From assembly GCA_019057815.1 (NCBI GenBank), contig JAHLWR010000003.1:1-64000 (forward strand): a DNA stretch of 64,000 nucleotides, in the 5' to 3' direction. The notes below the pieces were generated by a model, which saw only the letters and a list, made by a program, of their open reading frames with translations, was not told the DNA's origin and did not search any database. Source of the DNA: Candidatus Heimdallarchaeota archaeon (GTDB lineage Archaea > Asgardarchaeota > Heimdallarchaeia > Heimdallarchaeales > Heimdallarchaeaceae). Numbering within the stretch: the first letter of the stretch is position 1; each line of letters begins with the position of its first letter. Both the position numbers and the translations under genes were made by a program. Below are positions 27,648 through 38,549 of the stretch, piece after piece.

Positions 27648-30600
27648 TTATTTGTCCTTTGCAGCAATGCTTGGATAATCAGAGATTTTAAACAGAGCTT
27701 CTTTGAAGGTTTCAGTTAGATCTATAATGTTTTTATCACCTTTATCTATAAGATAAACTATAACAGATTTGATTCCATCCATTACTTCTTCTGTATTTTC
27801 TTCAAATTTTTCTCTTGCCACAAATCTAATTACGTCACTCATTACGATTAAGCTATCTCTATATTTTTCCATTTTTTTCCTATAAACAGGTTCTAGAAAT
27901 AACCTAATTTCCCATTTCTTCCCTGATGAGACTACTTTAACTCCTGGAAACTGCATTATTGTTATTACTTCGGTCTTAGTTGAATATAATTCCTTAGGTA
28001 GTAATCCTAGGACTATGTAAAAGCCTTCCTTTGTATTTGAAAGTTCCATGTCATTCTTTATGAATAGTGAACTTATTGTTCGAGCGTAAGCATTAATGAT
28101 ATCAATCAGAGCATTTCCCAAGACTCTCATATTGAGGTAAAGATTTGATTCAAACTCTCTTCTTGATTTACTCCTCATCCAAGCGTTTTTAACAGCATCA
28201 GGTATTTTTTTCTCTTTTGCTATCATCTGAGTATATGATTCATCTATAACATAATCCGGAATTCTACTATACAATAGAATAGATAAGGCTATTCCCATGA
28301 AGTTTTTAGGAAGTTTTTCTATATTTTTTGGAAGACTCTCTTGTACATCGTTGGATATAGCTCTTGAACACTGATTAGTTGAAACGGTAAACTTATTGTA
28401 TTCAAGCTTTTGGATTTTGAATTCATCACCAATCCAAGAAACAATTTTCTTATTAACATCTTCTAAATGTGATGACAAATCGAGGCTAACGGTTTTAGAC
28501 CATTTTTCAACTTCATCTGTAAGAGAAGAGTTGATTTTGTTCCATAGCTTTAGAAGATCTTTCCTGCTTGACTTTAATTCTTTAATTGCTCTGTCATAAA
28601 GCTTCATAGCTTTTTTCTTATAATTAATATCGTTGGAACGAAGCTTAGCAAATCCAGAGAGTAGTTCTTTCATCAAATCATGAATTTTAGGGGCGGTATT
28701 GTTCCAACTAGTCTGAATTTTTTCATGATATTTCTTATCGACAAATCTTTCTGGTATATCTTTAATATTTGTAAAAACTGGAAAAGATTCGTTCACTTCG
28801 GGAATTCTGTGAGCCGGTTTGAGAGTTGATGTAATCTCTCTGTTGAAAACTGTAATTAATTTATCAATTTGTCCTATTATATCCCCTTCAAATGTGAAAA
28901 TTAGTTGAATATATGTTGACGTCATCCGTCGTAGCAGTGCCTTTGCATACGCCCTACGGAGAATTTTTGTGTCAGCAATGCACATACACAGAAATTCTGC
29001 ATCCTGTTCAATATCTCTTAAAGGAACAATTTTGTTATCTATGGTAAGAGTAACTCCATGTTTCTGTAATAATTCAGTTGAAGAAATTGTTCTTCCATCG
29101 AAGCGTAGAACGGATTTGCTAAAGAAACTTCTCTTCAATTGAACAGGAATTGAATTTACATATGCTTTAATTCTACCTTCCTCAATTGCTGATCCCACTA
29201 AATCTTTTGCTCCTAAACTCATATTTTTTGTGGTTTTTAGTTCATTAGAATGTAAATCATTCATCATGTGTGTCAAAATATTACCTAAAACAACTTTAGG
29301 AGCTAGATTCTTGAACGCTAGCATCATATATTTAAAAACATCACCGACTTCAGTACTGAACAATTGATCAGTGATCATTTTCTCCATTGTTGTGATGATG
29401 GCTTGCTCGAGAGAACTAGCGAAAATGACTGACTCTTCAATGTTTGAAATTTGTAACTGTTTGCCAATTCCTGATTCTCTTAATCTTTCAATGAGTTGTT
29501 TTTTCCATTTACTTTCAATTAATGGCAATTTCTTCAATCTCTCTTCTAACAGCTTTTGTTTAGCTTTTATTGCAGGTACATCAGATATTTTCTGTTTTTT
29601 GCTAGAAAATTCTTGAAGAGAATCCTCAGATATGATAGAATAAGTAAAATCTGCAAAAACATTCCAGATACTAGAAGGAAGATTTTTTCCTGTGAATGGA
29701 GTGGTTAGTAGTTTGAAAAACAGTCTAGAACTTTGCATAACTTGAGGAAGTACATCTTCTACTAGGGAATCACAAATTATTGATCCTTGATCTGCCACTT
29801 CTGTTAAGATGCCAATTTCTTTTTGCATGGTTCTGAAAAGGTCTATTCCTCTATAATCAATCAACCCATATATGGGGTTATTCTTTGCAATGTTTAGGAT
29901 AACCTCTTTACACATGTTGTGAGCTATAAAAGAATTTGCAGTATGAATTTGGTCAATAGTTAACATATGAAGGTAAGAATTAACTTTTTTCTCCATTTTC
30001 TTGCCAATATATTCATAAATTATTTCCTCTGGTTTAATAACCTTGGATCTTAAATGTTTTTCAATTTCTAAACGGATTTCTTCTAGAACGTACCTTGGGC
30101 TTTCGAATTCTAAAATAACAAAAGGATCATTAACTATTATCTCAAATAAAATATCTTGTGCTAACATCTGAAGAAGAAGCTGTCTTTTAAAAGGGATTAT
30201 AGTGCCTTTGTCCCAAGATTGTTCGTCCGCACTCAACCATTCTTCTAAATTCTCTAAGTGGACAAGAGTTTGATAGTTTTTGGGATTCTTTTCTGCATCT
30301 AACAACATATTCCTTACTACTTTCAATAAAACGTTGCTGTCCTCTGAAACTGTTGATCTCTGCTTTGCAATGGTACAAGCATTAAGGAATGCTTTGGACA
30401 CAAATTCATGTGAAATCATTCTTCCATGTTCGAGGTTTTCGTAGAAATTTGGAGTTAATACTATGAATCTACTGAATGATAAAGCTAAGTTCTGAACTAG
30501 TTTTTCATCATGTTTATTAATTTCGTTAGCTTGTTCAGATTTAACAATATATTGCACAACAACATTCTGATTTTCTTCATAAGGTAGGGTATATGTTCCG

Positions 30601-30797
30601 AATTTAACGTATTCATTTTCTCCTGACATAAATTGTGAATCTGAAACATCAACCTCTGTAGACATTAATGATTGTAAGGAAAGAAGGATACCTTGCATCA
30701 TGCTAGAATCTTTTGCTAAACGTCCAATAGTGGCAAAACTTATACCTGCATCAGAACCACAACTAATCCAAAGATTATAAGGAAAATGTTTTGACAT
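27648..30797 (-). CDS. 1049-aa helical protein with probable N-terminal longin-like domain
   Basis: N-terminal beta-beta-alpha pattern (LWISC..AGISFA..DSSMMQGILLSLQSLMSTEV) typical of Asgard longin-like domains; the rest is helical. Confidence 0.55.
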   Translation of the reverse strand: MSKHFPYNLWISCGSDAGISFATIGRLAKDSSMMQGILLSLQSLMSTEVDVSDSQFMSGENEYVKFGTYTLPYEENQNVVVQYIVKSEQANEINKHDEKLVQNLALSFSRFIVLTPNFYENLEHGRMISHEFVSKAFLNACTIAKQRSTVSEDSNVLLKVVRNMLLDAEKNPKNYQTLVHLENLEEWLSADEQSWDKGTIIPFKRQLLLQMLAQDILFEIIVNDPFVILEFESPRYVLEEIRLEIEKHLRSKVIKPEEIIYEYIGKKMEKKVNSYLHMLTIDQIHTANSFIAHNMCKEVILNIAKNNPIYGLIDYRGIDLFRTMQKEIGILTEVADQGSIICDSLVEDVLPQVMQSSRLFFKLLTTPFTGKNLPSSIWNVFADFTYSIISEDSLQEFSSKKQKISDVPAIKAKQKLLEERLKKLPLIESKWKKQLIERLRESGIGKQLQISNIEESVIFASSLEQAIITTMEKMITDQLFSTEVGDVFKYMMLAFKNLAPKVVLGNILTHMMNDLHSNELKTTKNMSLGAKDLVGSAIEEGRIKAYVNSIPVQLKRSFFSKSVLRFDGRTISSTELLQKHGVTLTIDNKIVPLRDIEQDAEFLCMCIADTKILRRAYAKALLRRMTSTYIQLIFTFEGDIIGQIDKLITVFNREITSTLKPAHRIPEVNESFPVFTNIKDIPERFVDKKYHEKIQTSWNNTAPKIHDLMKELLSGFAKLRSNDINYKKKAMKLYDRAIKELKSSRKDLLKLWNKINSSLTDEVEKWSKTVSLDLSSHLEDVNKKIVSWIGDEFKIQKLEYNKFTVSTNQCSRAISNDVQESLPKNIEKLPKNFMGIALSILLYSRIPDYVIDESYTQMIAKEKKIPDAVKNAWMRSKSRREFESNLYLNMRVLGNALIDIINAYARTISSLFIKNDMELSNTKEGFYIVLGLLPKELYSTKTEVITIMQFPGVKVVSSGKKWEIRLFLEPVYRKKMEKYRDSLIVMSDVIRFVAREKFEENTEEVMDGIKSVIVYLIDKGDKNIIDLTETFKEALFKISDYPSIAAKDK

Positions 30798-31010
30798 AGT
30801 TAAACCTCAATACATGGAATGCTATTTACACAGTTCCACAAAACAATTGCAAATAGCGTATATTATGTTTTTTGGTACAGTCTATTCGTGCATTTAGTAT
30901 GACTTTTCTTTAATGAATGGAATGTTTTTGTTAAAAATTAATTTTAATCGTGCTATTACAGAAAGCTTAAAAATTGTTAAAGCATAACTTATTTGAATAA
31001 TTAAAATTAT

Positions 31011-31340
31011 GTGAAAAACATGGAGAAATCCTCTAAATCTGCACGAATAAGGAGATTGGTTTTAGACGTTTTGAAAGCTCATCAACCACGTATCGATGTT
31101 CTAGCATTGGAAATAGGAGTGTTAGAAGGCGTAGATTCGGTGAACATCATTAGAGATGAAACAGACAGATCAACTGAGGGTATAATTGTAACTATTGTTG
31201 GTGACAATCTTATCTTTAAAGAAATTGAAGAAATTCTCAGACAATTTGGATGCTCAATACACAGCGTTGATGAAGTTGTAGTCGGTGAGCATATAATAAA
31301 CACAGTCAACTTACCTGAAGAAGAAAAAACTGTATTCTAA
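31011..31340 (+). CDS. DUF211 family protein
   Basis: IRRLVLDVLKAHQP..GCSIHSVDEVVVG. Confidence 0.88.
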   Translation: MKNMEKSSKSARIRRLVLDVLKAHQPRIDVLALEIGVLEGVDSVNIIRDETDRSTEGIIVTIVGDNLIFKEIEEILRQFGCSIHSVDEVVVGEHIINTVNLPEEEKTVF

Positions 31341-31401
31341 GTACAATATCTTTTTCATTTCATTCTTTTTTATTCAGAACATAAGAAGAAACAAAAAAGA
31401 A

Positions 31402-32013
31402 TTAATTAGCTTTCTTCATCGCTTCAATACCTAATTCAAATGCTTTCACGTTTGTCTCAATGTATTTTGAAGGTACTCTAGTTTTTAGTGCACTTTTTAA
31501 TTCTTCGACAGATAAGGGAAAATCTTTGATTTGTGACAAAGCACCCAAGAGTACAATGTTTTGTGCAAGAGCTAACCCAGCTTCTGATGCAAGTTTTTCT
31601 GCATTTATTCTGATTATACGAGCATCAAATTTAGATAGATTCTCATCTATTTTTTCATGAGCTAAAACAGCAGCATTTTTATCTTTTTTCCATGTAACGG
31701 GGTAAAGAACTGTTTTTGATGTAATTACTAGACCCCCAGGTTCAAGGTATTTCATATACCGTAAAGTTTCATTTTCTTCTAAACCAATTAGAGCTTTAGA
31801 ACAACCAACAGGAATTGTTGGAGAATGTAGCTCTTTACCTATTTTGAGGTTTGTAATAACTGAACCTCCTTTTTGAGCCATTCCATGTACTTCTGAACTG
31901 AGAACTCTGAGTCCTTTTTTCTGAGCAGCTATTGCAATAATGTCAGATATCGTTAATATACCTTGACCTCCGACGCCTACTAGAACCATTCTATATTCTT
32001 CTTCCATTTTCAT
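31402..32013 (-). CDS. iorB: Indolepyruvate:ferredoxin oxidoreductase beta subunit
   Basis: VGVGGQGILT, SEVHGMAQKGGSV, NIVLLGAL; start at the TGATG overlap with iorA. Confidence 0.93.
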   Translation of the reverse strand: MKMEEEYRMVLVGVGGQGILTISDIIAIAAQKKGLRVLSSEVHGMAQKGGSVITNLKIGKELHSPTIPVGCSKALIGLEENETLRYMKYLEPGGLVITSKTVLYPVTWKKDKNAAVLAHEKIDENLSKFDARIIRINAEKLASEAGLALAQNIVLLGALSQIKDFPLSVEELKSALKTRVPSKYIETNVKAFELGIEAMKKAN

Positions 32014-33863
32014 CACTCCACCTTTGAGATAGCTCCTGTTGGACATATCTGGGAACAAACAGAACATCCAGTACAAGTTGAAGAATCGATGACTGTATAT
32101 TGTTTACCTTTCGAATTGGTATCAATACTCCATGATATTGCAGGACATTGATATCTCACAATACATGTTCCACAAGCAATACATATTTCAGGATCTGTGT
32201 GGTAAACTTCGATTTTTTCTCCTTTTCTTCTAGTTCGTCTCCACCACTCATTTGCACAGATTTTTCGCATTATTATTACGGTTGGACCTTTATGTTTCAG
32301 AGCTTCCTCAATAGTTTTCTTACCTTTCTCGAAATCATAGGGGTCAAATTCAACTATATATTCAACCCCTAAACCTTTAGCAACATTTTCAATTGGGATA
32401 TCTTCTGTAGGGTTTGGTTGAAATCCTGTCATCGCTGTCATTCTATTATCAAGTATTAAAAGATTAAAGTTTGCTTTGTTATAAACTGCATTAGCTAAAG
32501 CAGGAAGTCCTGTATGGAAAAAGGTTGAATCACCAATTATCGCGAAAATAGGTTTATCTTTTATTACTCGAGAGAATCCGCTTGCCATTCCAATAGATGC
32601 TCCCATGCATACTATAGTATCTGATACCCATGGATCCAATGAATAACATCCAATATCTGAAGCGAAGATACCATCATTTTTCTTAACCACTTTTGAAAGT
32701 TCATAGAATGCAGCTCGGTGTTGACATCCTGCACAAAACAAAGGTGGTCTAAAAGGAATATATTCTTCTGTTTTTGTAACAGCAACCTCAATATCTTTAA
32801 AATCTGCAATTTTGCTACCAAACAAACTTTCTAACCCCTTTGCAACAAGGTACGCATTTAATTCATGATATCTTTTTGTAATTCCATTGCATTTTCCATG
32901 AATTTTTGGAGTAATTCCATTTTGTACAAGTAATGCTGAAATTCTATCCTCAAGGTAAGGGTCAACTTCTTCTATGAAAATAATGTTCTCTTTAGATTTT
33001 GCAAATTTAAGTATTGATTTTTCATCTAGGGGTGAAACTATACCTAGTTTGAGTATTGGGATATCTGCATTTAACATTAGTAGAGCATCTTTAACATATG
33101 AGTAAGAAATTCCTGATGTAATAATACCAAATTGGTTATCCTCTGGTCCTTCAATTCTAGTTAACCCACTCTCAGGAATCCATTCTTTGATTGTCTCATT
33201 TTTCTCTAGTAATTTAGGATGATTAGCTCTTGCAATTCCAGGTAAACACTTAAATCGCGGTGATTTTTCCAGCTCTCCATCTCGATAGGTTGTCTCGAAT
33301 TTGTTGAATTGAACATCAGCTCTAGCATGAGATATCCTAGTAGTTGTTCTTAATAACATTGGTATCTCAAATTTTTCACTTATTTCAAAAGCCATCTTTG
33401 TAAATTCTTTAGCCTCTTGTGGTGATGAAGGTTCTAATATAGGAAAATTAGCTGAAACTCCTAACCATCTTGAATCTTGTTCATTCTGACTACTAAAGCA
33501 GTGTGGGTCATCACCTACTACTGTTACGAAGCCTCCTTTACAACCCATATATAGCGCAGAATAGAATACATCTGCAGCTACATTTAGCCCTACATGTTTA
33601 CACGCAATCATAGATCTTACACCACTGATTGATGCAGCATAAGCTACTTCCATGGAAACTTTCTCGTTTGTACTCCACTCAGCATAAAACCCTAGTTCAG
33701 GAGCAGCTGCAATTAAAGCCATACTTATTTCACTGCTAGGTGTTCCTGGATAAGCAGCAAAAACTTGTACTCCAGCTTCTATGGCTCCTCTAGCTATTGC
33801 TTCATTTCCAAGAACTAAAACTCGTTTTTCCTCATTTTCTATGAGCTCTTCTACCCTTACCAT
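32013..33863 (-). CDS. iorA: Indolepyruvate:ferredoxin oxidoreductase alpha subunit
   Basis: LGNEAIARGA, YPGTPSSE, KHVGLNVA, SSQNEQDSR, RPPLFCAGCQH, GDSTFFH, C-terminal 2x[4Fe-4S]. Confidence 0.96.
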   Translation of the reverse strand: MVRVEELIENEEKRVLVLGNEAIARGAIEAGVQVFAAYPGTPSSEISMALIAAAPELGFYAEWSTNEKVSMEVAYAASISGVRSMIACKHVGLNVAADVFYSALYMGCKGGFVTVVGDDPHCFSSQNEQDSRWLGVSANFPILEPSSPQEAKEFTKMAFEISEKFEIPMLLRTTTRISHARADVQFNKFETTYRDGELEKSPRFKCLPGIARANHPKLLEKNETIKEWIPESGLTRIEGPEDNQFGIITSGISYSYVKDALLMLNADIPILKLGIVSPLDEKSILKFAKSKENIIFIEEVDPYLEDRISALLVQNGITPKIHGKCNGITKRYHELNAYLVAKGLESLFGSKIADFKDIEVAVTKTEEYIPFRPPLFCAGCQHRAAFYELSKVVKKNDGIFASDIGCYSLDPWVSDTIVCMGASIGMASGFSRVIKDKPIFAIIGDSTFFHTGLPALANAVYNKANFNLLILDNRMTAMTGFQPNPTEDIPIENVAKGLGVEYIVEFDPYDFEKGKKTIEEALKHKGPTVIIMRKICANEWWRRTRRKGEKIEVYHTDPEICIACGTCIVRYQCPAISWSIDTNSKGKQYTVIDSSTCTGCSVCSQICPTGAISKVE

Positions 33864-33931
33864 ACAAATCTAATCCGGAATTATTTTTACTCAATAAAAA
33901 AATTGTGTAAGGGAGATTAACTCTTTTTTGA

Positions 33932-35740
33932 TTAATCAATAATGTTACCTGTAATCTGAGTTTGGTAAAGATTGAAATATTTACCTTTCTTCTGTAGTAA
34001 TTGATCGTGTGTGCCTTCTTCCACAATTTTTCCTTCGTCAATAACAATAATCTTTGATGCACTCTTAATTGTGCTTAATCTGTGTGCAATAATGATTGAT
34101 GTTCGATTTTTTAAAATGTAATCAATTCCTTTTTGTATTAAGGACTCAGTGATTGGATCAATACTTGAAGTGCATTCGTCTAAAATTAAAATTCTAGGGT
34201 CTGCTATTACAGCTCTAGCAAGAGAAATTAATTGTCGTTGACCTAAGCTCAAACGAGAACCACCTTCTCTTACATCAGTTTTGTAGCCTTCTGGCATTTT
34301 TGTAATGTAACTGTGCAAACCAAGAGTCTCACAAACGCTGTAGACCTTTTCATCTTTAGCTTTCTTATTACCAAATTTCAGATTCTCGATAATAGTTCCA
34401 GAGAATAGGAACACATCTTGTGGCACTATAGCAATATTTTTTCTCAAATTCGTTAGTTCTATCTCCTTGATATTATACCCATCAACTAGAAGTTCACCCT
34501 TTGAGACATCATAATACCTAGCGAGAAGTTTAGTGATAGTCGTCTTTCCAGCCCCTGTACGACCAACAAGAGCAATGCTTTGACCAGGTTCTATTACAAG
34601 TTGAATATTATTTAAGATTGGAACATCAATATTATAATTAAAATCTACTGACTTAAATTCAATGTGTCCCTTGATGTTTTCTAATATAATAGGATTCTCA
34701 CAATTTTTGATTTTGACGTCTTCGTCAAGAATCTCAAAAATCCTTTCTCCCGCCGCGAATCCCGATTGAATCAAAGTGTAGAAAGTGAAAAGATTCATTA
34801 TTGGATTGAAGAACATACTCGAGTACATGAGGAAAGCGAAGAGTTCTCCATAAGTAATATCACCAAATTTTAGAGCGTAACCCCCATAAATCAAAATGAT
34901 TGTAGTTCCAATTGCTGCAACAACCTGAATTATTGGCATAAATAATGAAGATATTCCTGCAGCTTCAACATTGGCTGAAAAGGTTTCTTTGTTTAGATCT
35001 CGAAATTTCTGAATATTCTCATCTTCTCTGGAAAGTGTTTTTGTAACTTTTGCACTTTGTATTGTTTCTTGAAGATTAGCTGTGACTTTCGCAATTGCCA
35101 CTCTAGTTCTCCTGTATGCTCCTCTAACTCTGTTTTTAAAAACTATAACGACAATAAAAAGGATTGGGACTACGGTGAAAGTGAATAGAGTCATTTTGGT
35201 GTCATAAGAGAACATTATTCCTATAATCCATCCAAGGCTGAATAAATCTGCAAAAATATCAATTATCCCACTGGTTAAAAGCTCCCCAAGAGCGTCAACA
35301 TCATTAGTTACCTTCGAAATTGTTCTACCAGATTCTGTTTCTGTAAAGTATTCCTGACTCTGAAACTGTAATTTGGAAAATACATCATTTCTAATACGAA
35401 AAATTATTCTTTGACCTAATTTTGCAAACATGATACTTCTGGTAAGAGTAAGTACAAAATTAAGTACTATAAAGAGCAAAAAAAGCCCAGCCATTATAGC
35501 TATTTCGGGTTTAAAACCTATATTGTTTGGTTTGATAAATAAATCGATAATTTTCTGAAGGAGCATTGGAACAAGGGTAGCGAAAATGGAAGTTGCGATT
35601 ACAATGAGTAATAAAGAAATTGCTTCTGGTAGATAGTATCTGAAAAGTCCTAAAACCAACTTGAACAAATCTAAATCAGAATACTTCCTATCTCTCTCTT
35701 CTTCTTCTCGTCTCATTGCGCGAAAAGCATGCCAAGCCAT
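33932..35740 (-). CDS. Heterodimeric ABC exporter subunit (TMD plus NBD)
   Basis: GRTGAGKTT, LSLGQRQ, ILDECTSS, IAHRLST. Confidence 0.92.
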   Translation of the reverse strand: MAWHAFRAMRREEEERDRKYSDLDLFKLVLGLFRYYLPEAISLLLIVIATSIFATLVPMLLQKIIDLFIKPNNIGFKPEIAIMAGLFLLFIVLNFVLTLTRSIMFAKLGQRIIFRIRNDVFSKLQFQSQEYFTETESGRTISKVTNDVDALGELLTSGIIDIFADLFSLGWIIGIMFSYDTKMTLFTFTVVPILFIVVIVFKNRVRGAYRRTRVAIAKVTANLQETIQSAKVTKTLSREDENIQKFRDLNKETFSANVEAAGISSLFMPIIQVVAAIGTTIILIYGGYALKFGDITYGELFAFLMYSSMFFNPIMNLFTFYTLIQSGFAAGERIFEILDEDVKIKNCENPIILENIKGHIEFKSVDFNYNIDVPILNNIQLVIEPGQSIALVGRTGAGKTTITKLLARYYDVSKGELLVDGYNIKEIELTNLRKNIAIVPQDVFLFSGTIIENLKFGNKKAKDEKVYSVCETLGLHSYITKMPEGYKTDVREGGSRLSLGQRQLISLARAVIADPRILILDECTSSIDPITESLIQKGIDYILKNRTSIIIAHRLSTIKSASKIIVIDEGKIVEEGTHDQLLQKKGKYFNLYQTQITGNIID

Positions 35741-37557
35741 TAATATTCCTCCTTATGAATATCTTCTTTTTCTATTAGTGTAACTTTCTGGTTATCGTAA
35801 GATTCTGCAAGCGTGGCGTAAATATCTTGATAAAGACCTTTTTGATTTATTAAATCATCATGATTTCCATCTTGTATTATTTCTCCTTCATCAAAAACAA
35901 GTATTCTATCAGCATATTTTACAGAAGAAATTCTTTGACTGATTATTATCGTTGTTCTCCCTTTACTCAAAATATCAAGTGATTCTTGTATCAGAGCTTC
36001 AGTTTCTGCGTCAACAGAAGCAGTACTATCATCAAAAATAAGAAGAGATGGGTCTGTTAGAAGTGTTCGAGCAATGCTAATTCGTTGTTTTTGTCCACCA
36101 GAAAGCGTTATCCCTCTGTCTCCTACTCGAGAATCATAGCCTTCAGGTAATGAAATAATGAAATCATGAATGTTAGCTGTTCTTGCAGCTTTTTCTATTT
36201 CTTCATCTGATGCGTTAGGTTTTCCAAATGCAATATTTTCTTTCATAGAATCATTGAATAAGAAGGTATCTTGTAATACTAAGCCAATTTGTTTTCTTAG
36301 AGGTTTTAATTGGTAGTTTTTAATATTAATTCCATCAATTTTAATTTCACCTTGAATAGGATCATAAAATCGTTGCAATAGACTTACAAACGAACTTTTT
36401 CCACTTCCTGTACCTCCCATGAGAACAATTTTCTGTCCTGATGGTATAACAATACATATATTTCTCAATATTGGATTATTTTTCTCATATTCAAACCAAA
36501 CATTCTCATAGTTAATTTTACCTTGTAATTTAGGTGGAATAATAGCATCGGGGTCTTCTTGGATTTCTCTTTTAGCAGAAAGAAGTTCCATTAAACGATC
36601 TCCTGAAGCTAGAGCTCTTTGGACAACTCCAATTACCATAGTGAGTTGTCTAGTTGGCATAGGTAAAATCATTAAATAAAAAATAAAAGAAAGAAAAACA
36701 CCAAGTTTCATTGTGTTCTCTGCGACTGCAAAACCACCTAGAAACAACACTAGTGATGTTCCTAAACCGATAAGGAGAGTCATCGTTCCAAAATAAATAG
36801 ATCGATAAACTTGAGCCTTTATTCTTAAATTCATGTATTTTTCGTTTTCTGATGTAAATTTCTCAATTTCATTTTCTTCTTGAGCAAATCCTCTAACAAC
36901 ATGTATTCCTGTAACATTTTCCTGCAAAACAGACGTAACAACCCCAAACTGCGTCCTAGACTGATAAAATATTGGTCTTACTTTGTTGGAAAACCAAAAG
37001 ACTAACCAAATAAAAACTGGAAAGAATCCTACCATTATTAACCCTAATTTCCAGCTCATCACAATCATTGCTGTATAACTACCAACAAATAGGATAACAC
37101 CATTGAGAAGAAGGCGAAGAGTAAATGATATGAAACTAGAAATAGCGTTCAGATCAGTTGTTACTCTAGTCATGATTTGCCCAGTACTTTCCTCATCATA
37201 ATATTCCATTGTCAACTGTTGAAGAAGTTCATAGATATCGTCTCGAAGTTCTAAAGTGATTTTTTGGGCTAATAACGCGGCATAATAACGACTAATAAAT
37301 TGCAACAAACCCGCTATAATTGCAACAAGTAGGACACTTAACCCAAGAATCCATAATAAAAACAGATTTCCTTTAGGGATTGCATCGTCGACTATATATC
37401 TGATTAATTGCGGAGTAACAAGACCTATAAGTGCTGCTACAAATGAAACAACTGATACAAATAGTAAAAATAGTGGTCGTTTGAGTAGATACGGTTTAAG
37501 TATTCTAAAGATTTCTTTAGCTGAATGAATCCGTTCACGATTATCAAGCCAAGACAT
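35740..37557 (-). CDS. Heterodimeric ABC exporter subunit with degenerate ATP site
   Basis: GGTGSGKS, LSGGQKQR, IFDDSTAS (E to D), ISQRISS (H to Q). Confidence 0.92.
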   Translation of the reverse strand: MSWLDNRERIHSAKEIFRILKPYLLKRPLFLLFVSVVSFVAALIGLVTPQLIRYIVDDAIPKGNLFLLWILGLSVLLVAIIAGLLQFISRYYAALLAQKITLELRDDIYELLQQLTMEYYDEESTGQIMTRVTTDLNAISSFISFTLRLLLNGVILFVGSYTAMIVMSWKLGLIMVGFFPVFIWLVFWFSNKVRPIFYQSRTQFGVVTSVLQENVTGIHVVRGFAQEENEIEKFTSENEKYMNLRIKAQVYRSIYFGTMTLLIGLGTSLVLFLGGFAVAENTMKLGVFLSFIFYLMILPMPTRQLTMVIGVVQRALASGDRLMELLSAKREIQEDPDAIIPPKLQGKINYENVWFEYEKNNPILRNICIVIPSGQKIVLMGGTGSGKSSFVSLLQRFYDPIQGEIKIDGINIKNYQLKPLRKQIGLVLQDTFLFNDSMKENIAFGKPNASDEEIEKAARTANIHDFIISLPEGYDSRVGDRGITLSGGQKQRISIARTLLTDPSLLIFDDSTASVDAETEALIQESLDILSKGRTTIIISQRISSVKYADRILVFDEGEIIQDGNHDDLINQKGLYQDIYATLAESYDNQKVTLIEKEDIHKEEY

Positions 37558-37736
37558 CTTGGTTCAAGTATTTTTATTAACGATATAAAATTGTTGATAA
37601 ATAAGAAATAACAATGTGAGTGATTCTAAAGATAGTGGGTATATGTTTGACTTAGATAGATTATCGTCAATGTTCAATAATCTTTATAAATGTCAAGATA
37701 GAGGAAGTTTTAAGATACAGATATTGAGGAAACAGC

Positions 37737-38549
37737 ATGAAACATTTCAGAGTACTTGAATTAATTTTAATTTTGATGCTTTTAATGGGAACTTTAGGAT
37801 TTAATACAACATTCGCAGACACAGATGAAGAAGAAATTGATTGGGGGTATACTGGATTAATTAAAACTCAATCAGACAGATTAAAATTAGAAAGTAGTTA
37901 CGATCCATATTGTATACAACTACATCTTTTCTTATTGAATGATACTGAAGAAGAAGAACCAACAATACGTCTAGTAGCAATATATGGCATTCGACCAATT
38001 TGGAATGCTCCTCTCTACTCTGAAAATTTTGATATTACAAGTGCAGGTGCGATATATAAATTCAAACTTCATGCTGATAAAGGAGTTACTTGGACTAATA
38101 TCACAACTTTTGATGTAAATAACACTGAATACAATCCTGATATTGCTCTTTTTATAGAGATAATTCGAATTAGATTATATAAGCATCCTGAATTTTTTGG
38201 TGGGTCAGAAGAAACTATGACTGCAAATTTAACACAAACAATTCATTTAGCAAATCTTACCACAAATGTAGGCGAAGTTGGATTGTGGGAGCAAGTTAGA
38301 AAAGATGGAACAATTATACGAGGAACATTCCATACTTACGGCTATGAAGAACCATTATATGAGGATGAGGAAATCGGTTATAAATGGCCTGATTATAATA
38401 TAACAATTGCCACTGATTTATATCGTTCGTCACTTCCACGTATTCATTCATTTAGAGTAGCATTTCCTTTCCTTTCCTTTTCTTTCGCACTAGGAACAGC
38501 AGCAATATTAATTACACTATTTTCTAACATCAGGAGAAGAAAAAGATGA
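37737..38549 (+). CDS. Secreted, C-terminally anchored surface protein (paralog A)
   Basis: Signal peptide, acidic start, many NxT sequons, C-terminal TM plus RRRKR. Confidence 0.75.
   Translation: MKHFRVLELILILMLLMGTLGFNTTFADTDEEEIDWGYTGLIKTQSDRLKLESSYDPYCIQLHLFLLNDTEEEEPTIRLVAIYGIRPIWNAPLYSENFDITSAGAIYKFKLHADKGVTWTNITTFDVNNTEYNPDIALFIEIIRIRLYKHPEFFGGSEETMTANLTQTIHLANLTTNVGEVGLWEQVRKDGTIIRGTFHTYGYEEPLYEDEEIGYKWPDYNITIATDLYRSSLPRIHSFRVAFPFLSFSFALGTAAILITLFSNIRRRKR

Noticed and set aside
35740-37557. Degenerate Walker B and switch residues in the ABC exporter as a sign of inactivation
   Set aside because: One degenerate site is the normal state of heterodimeric ABC exporters.
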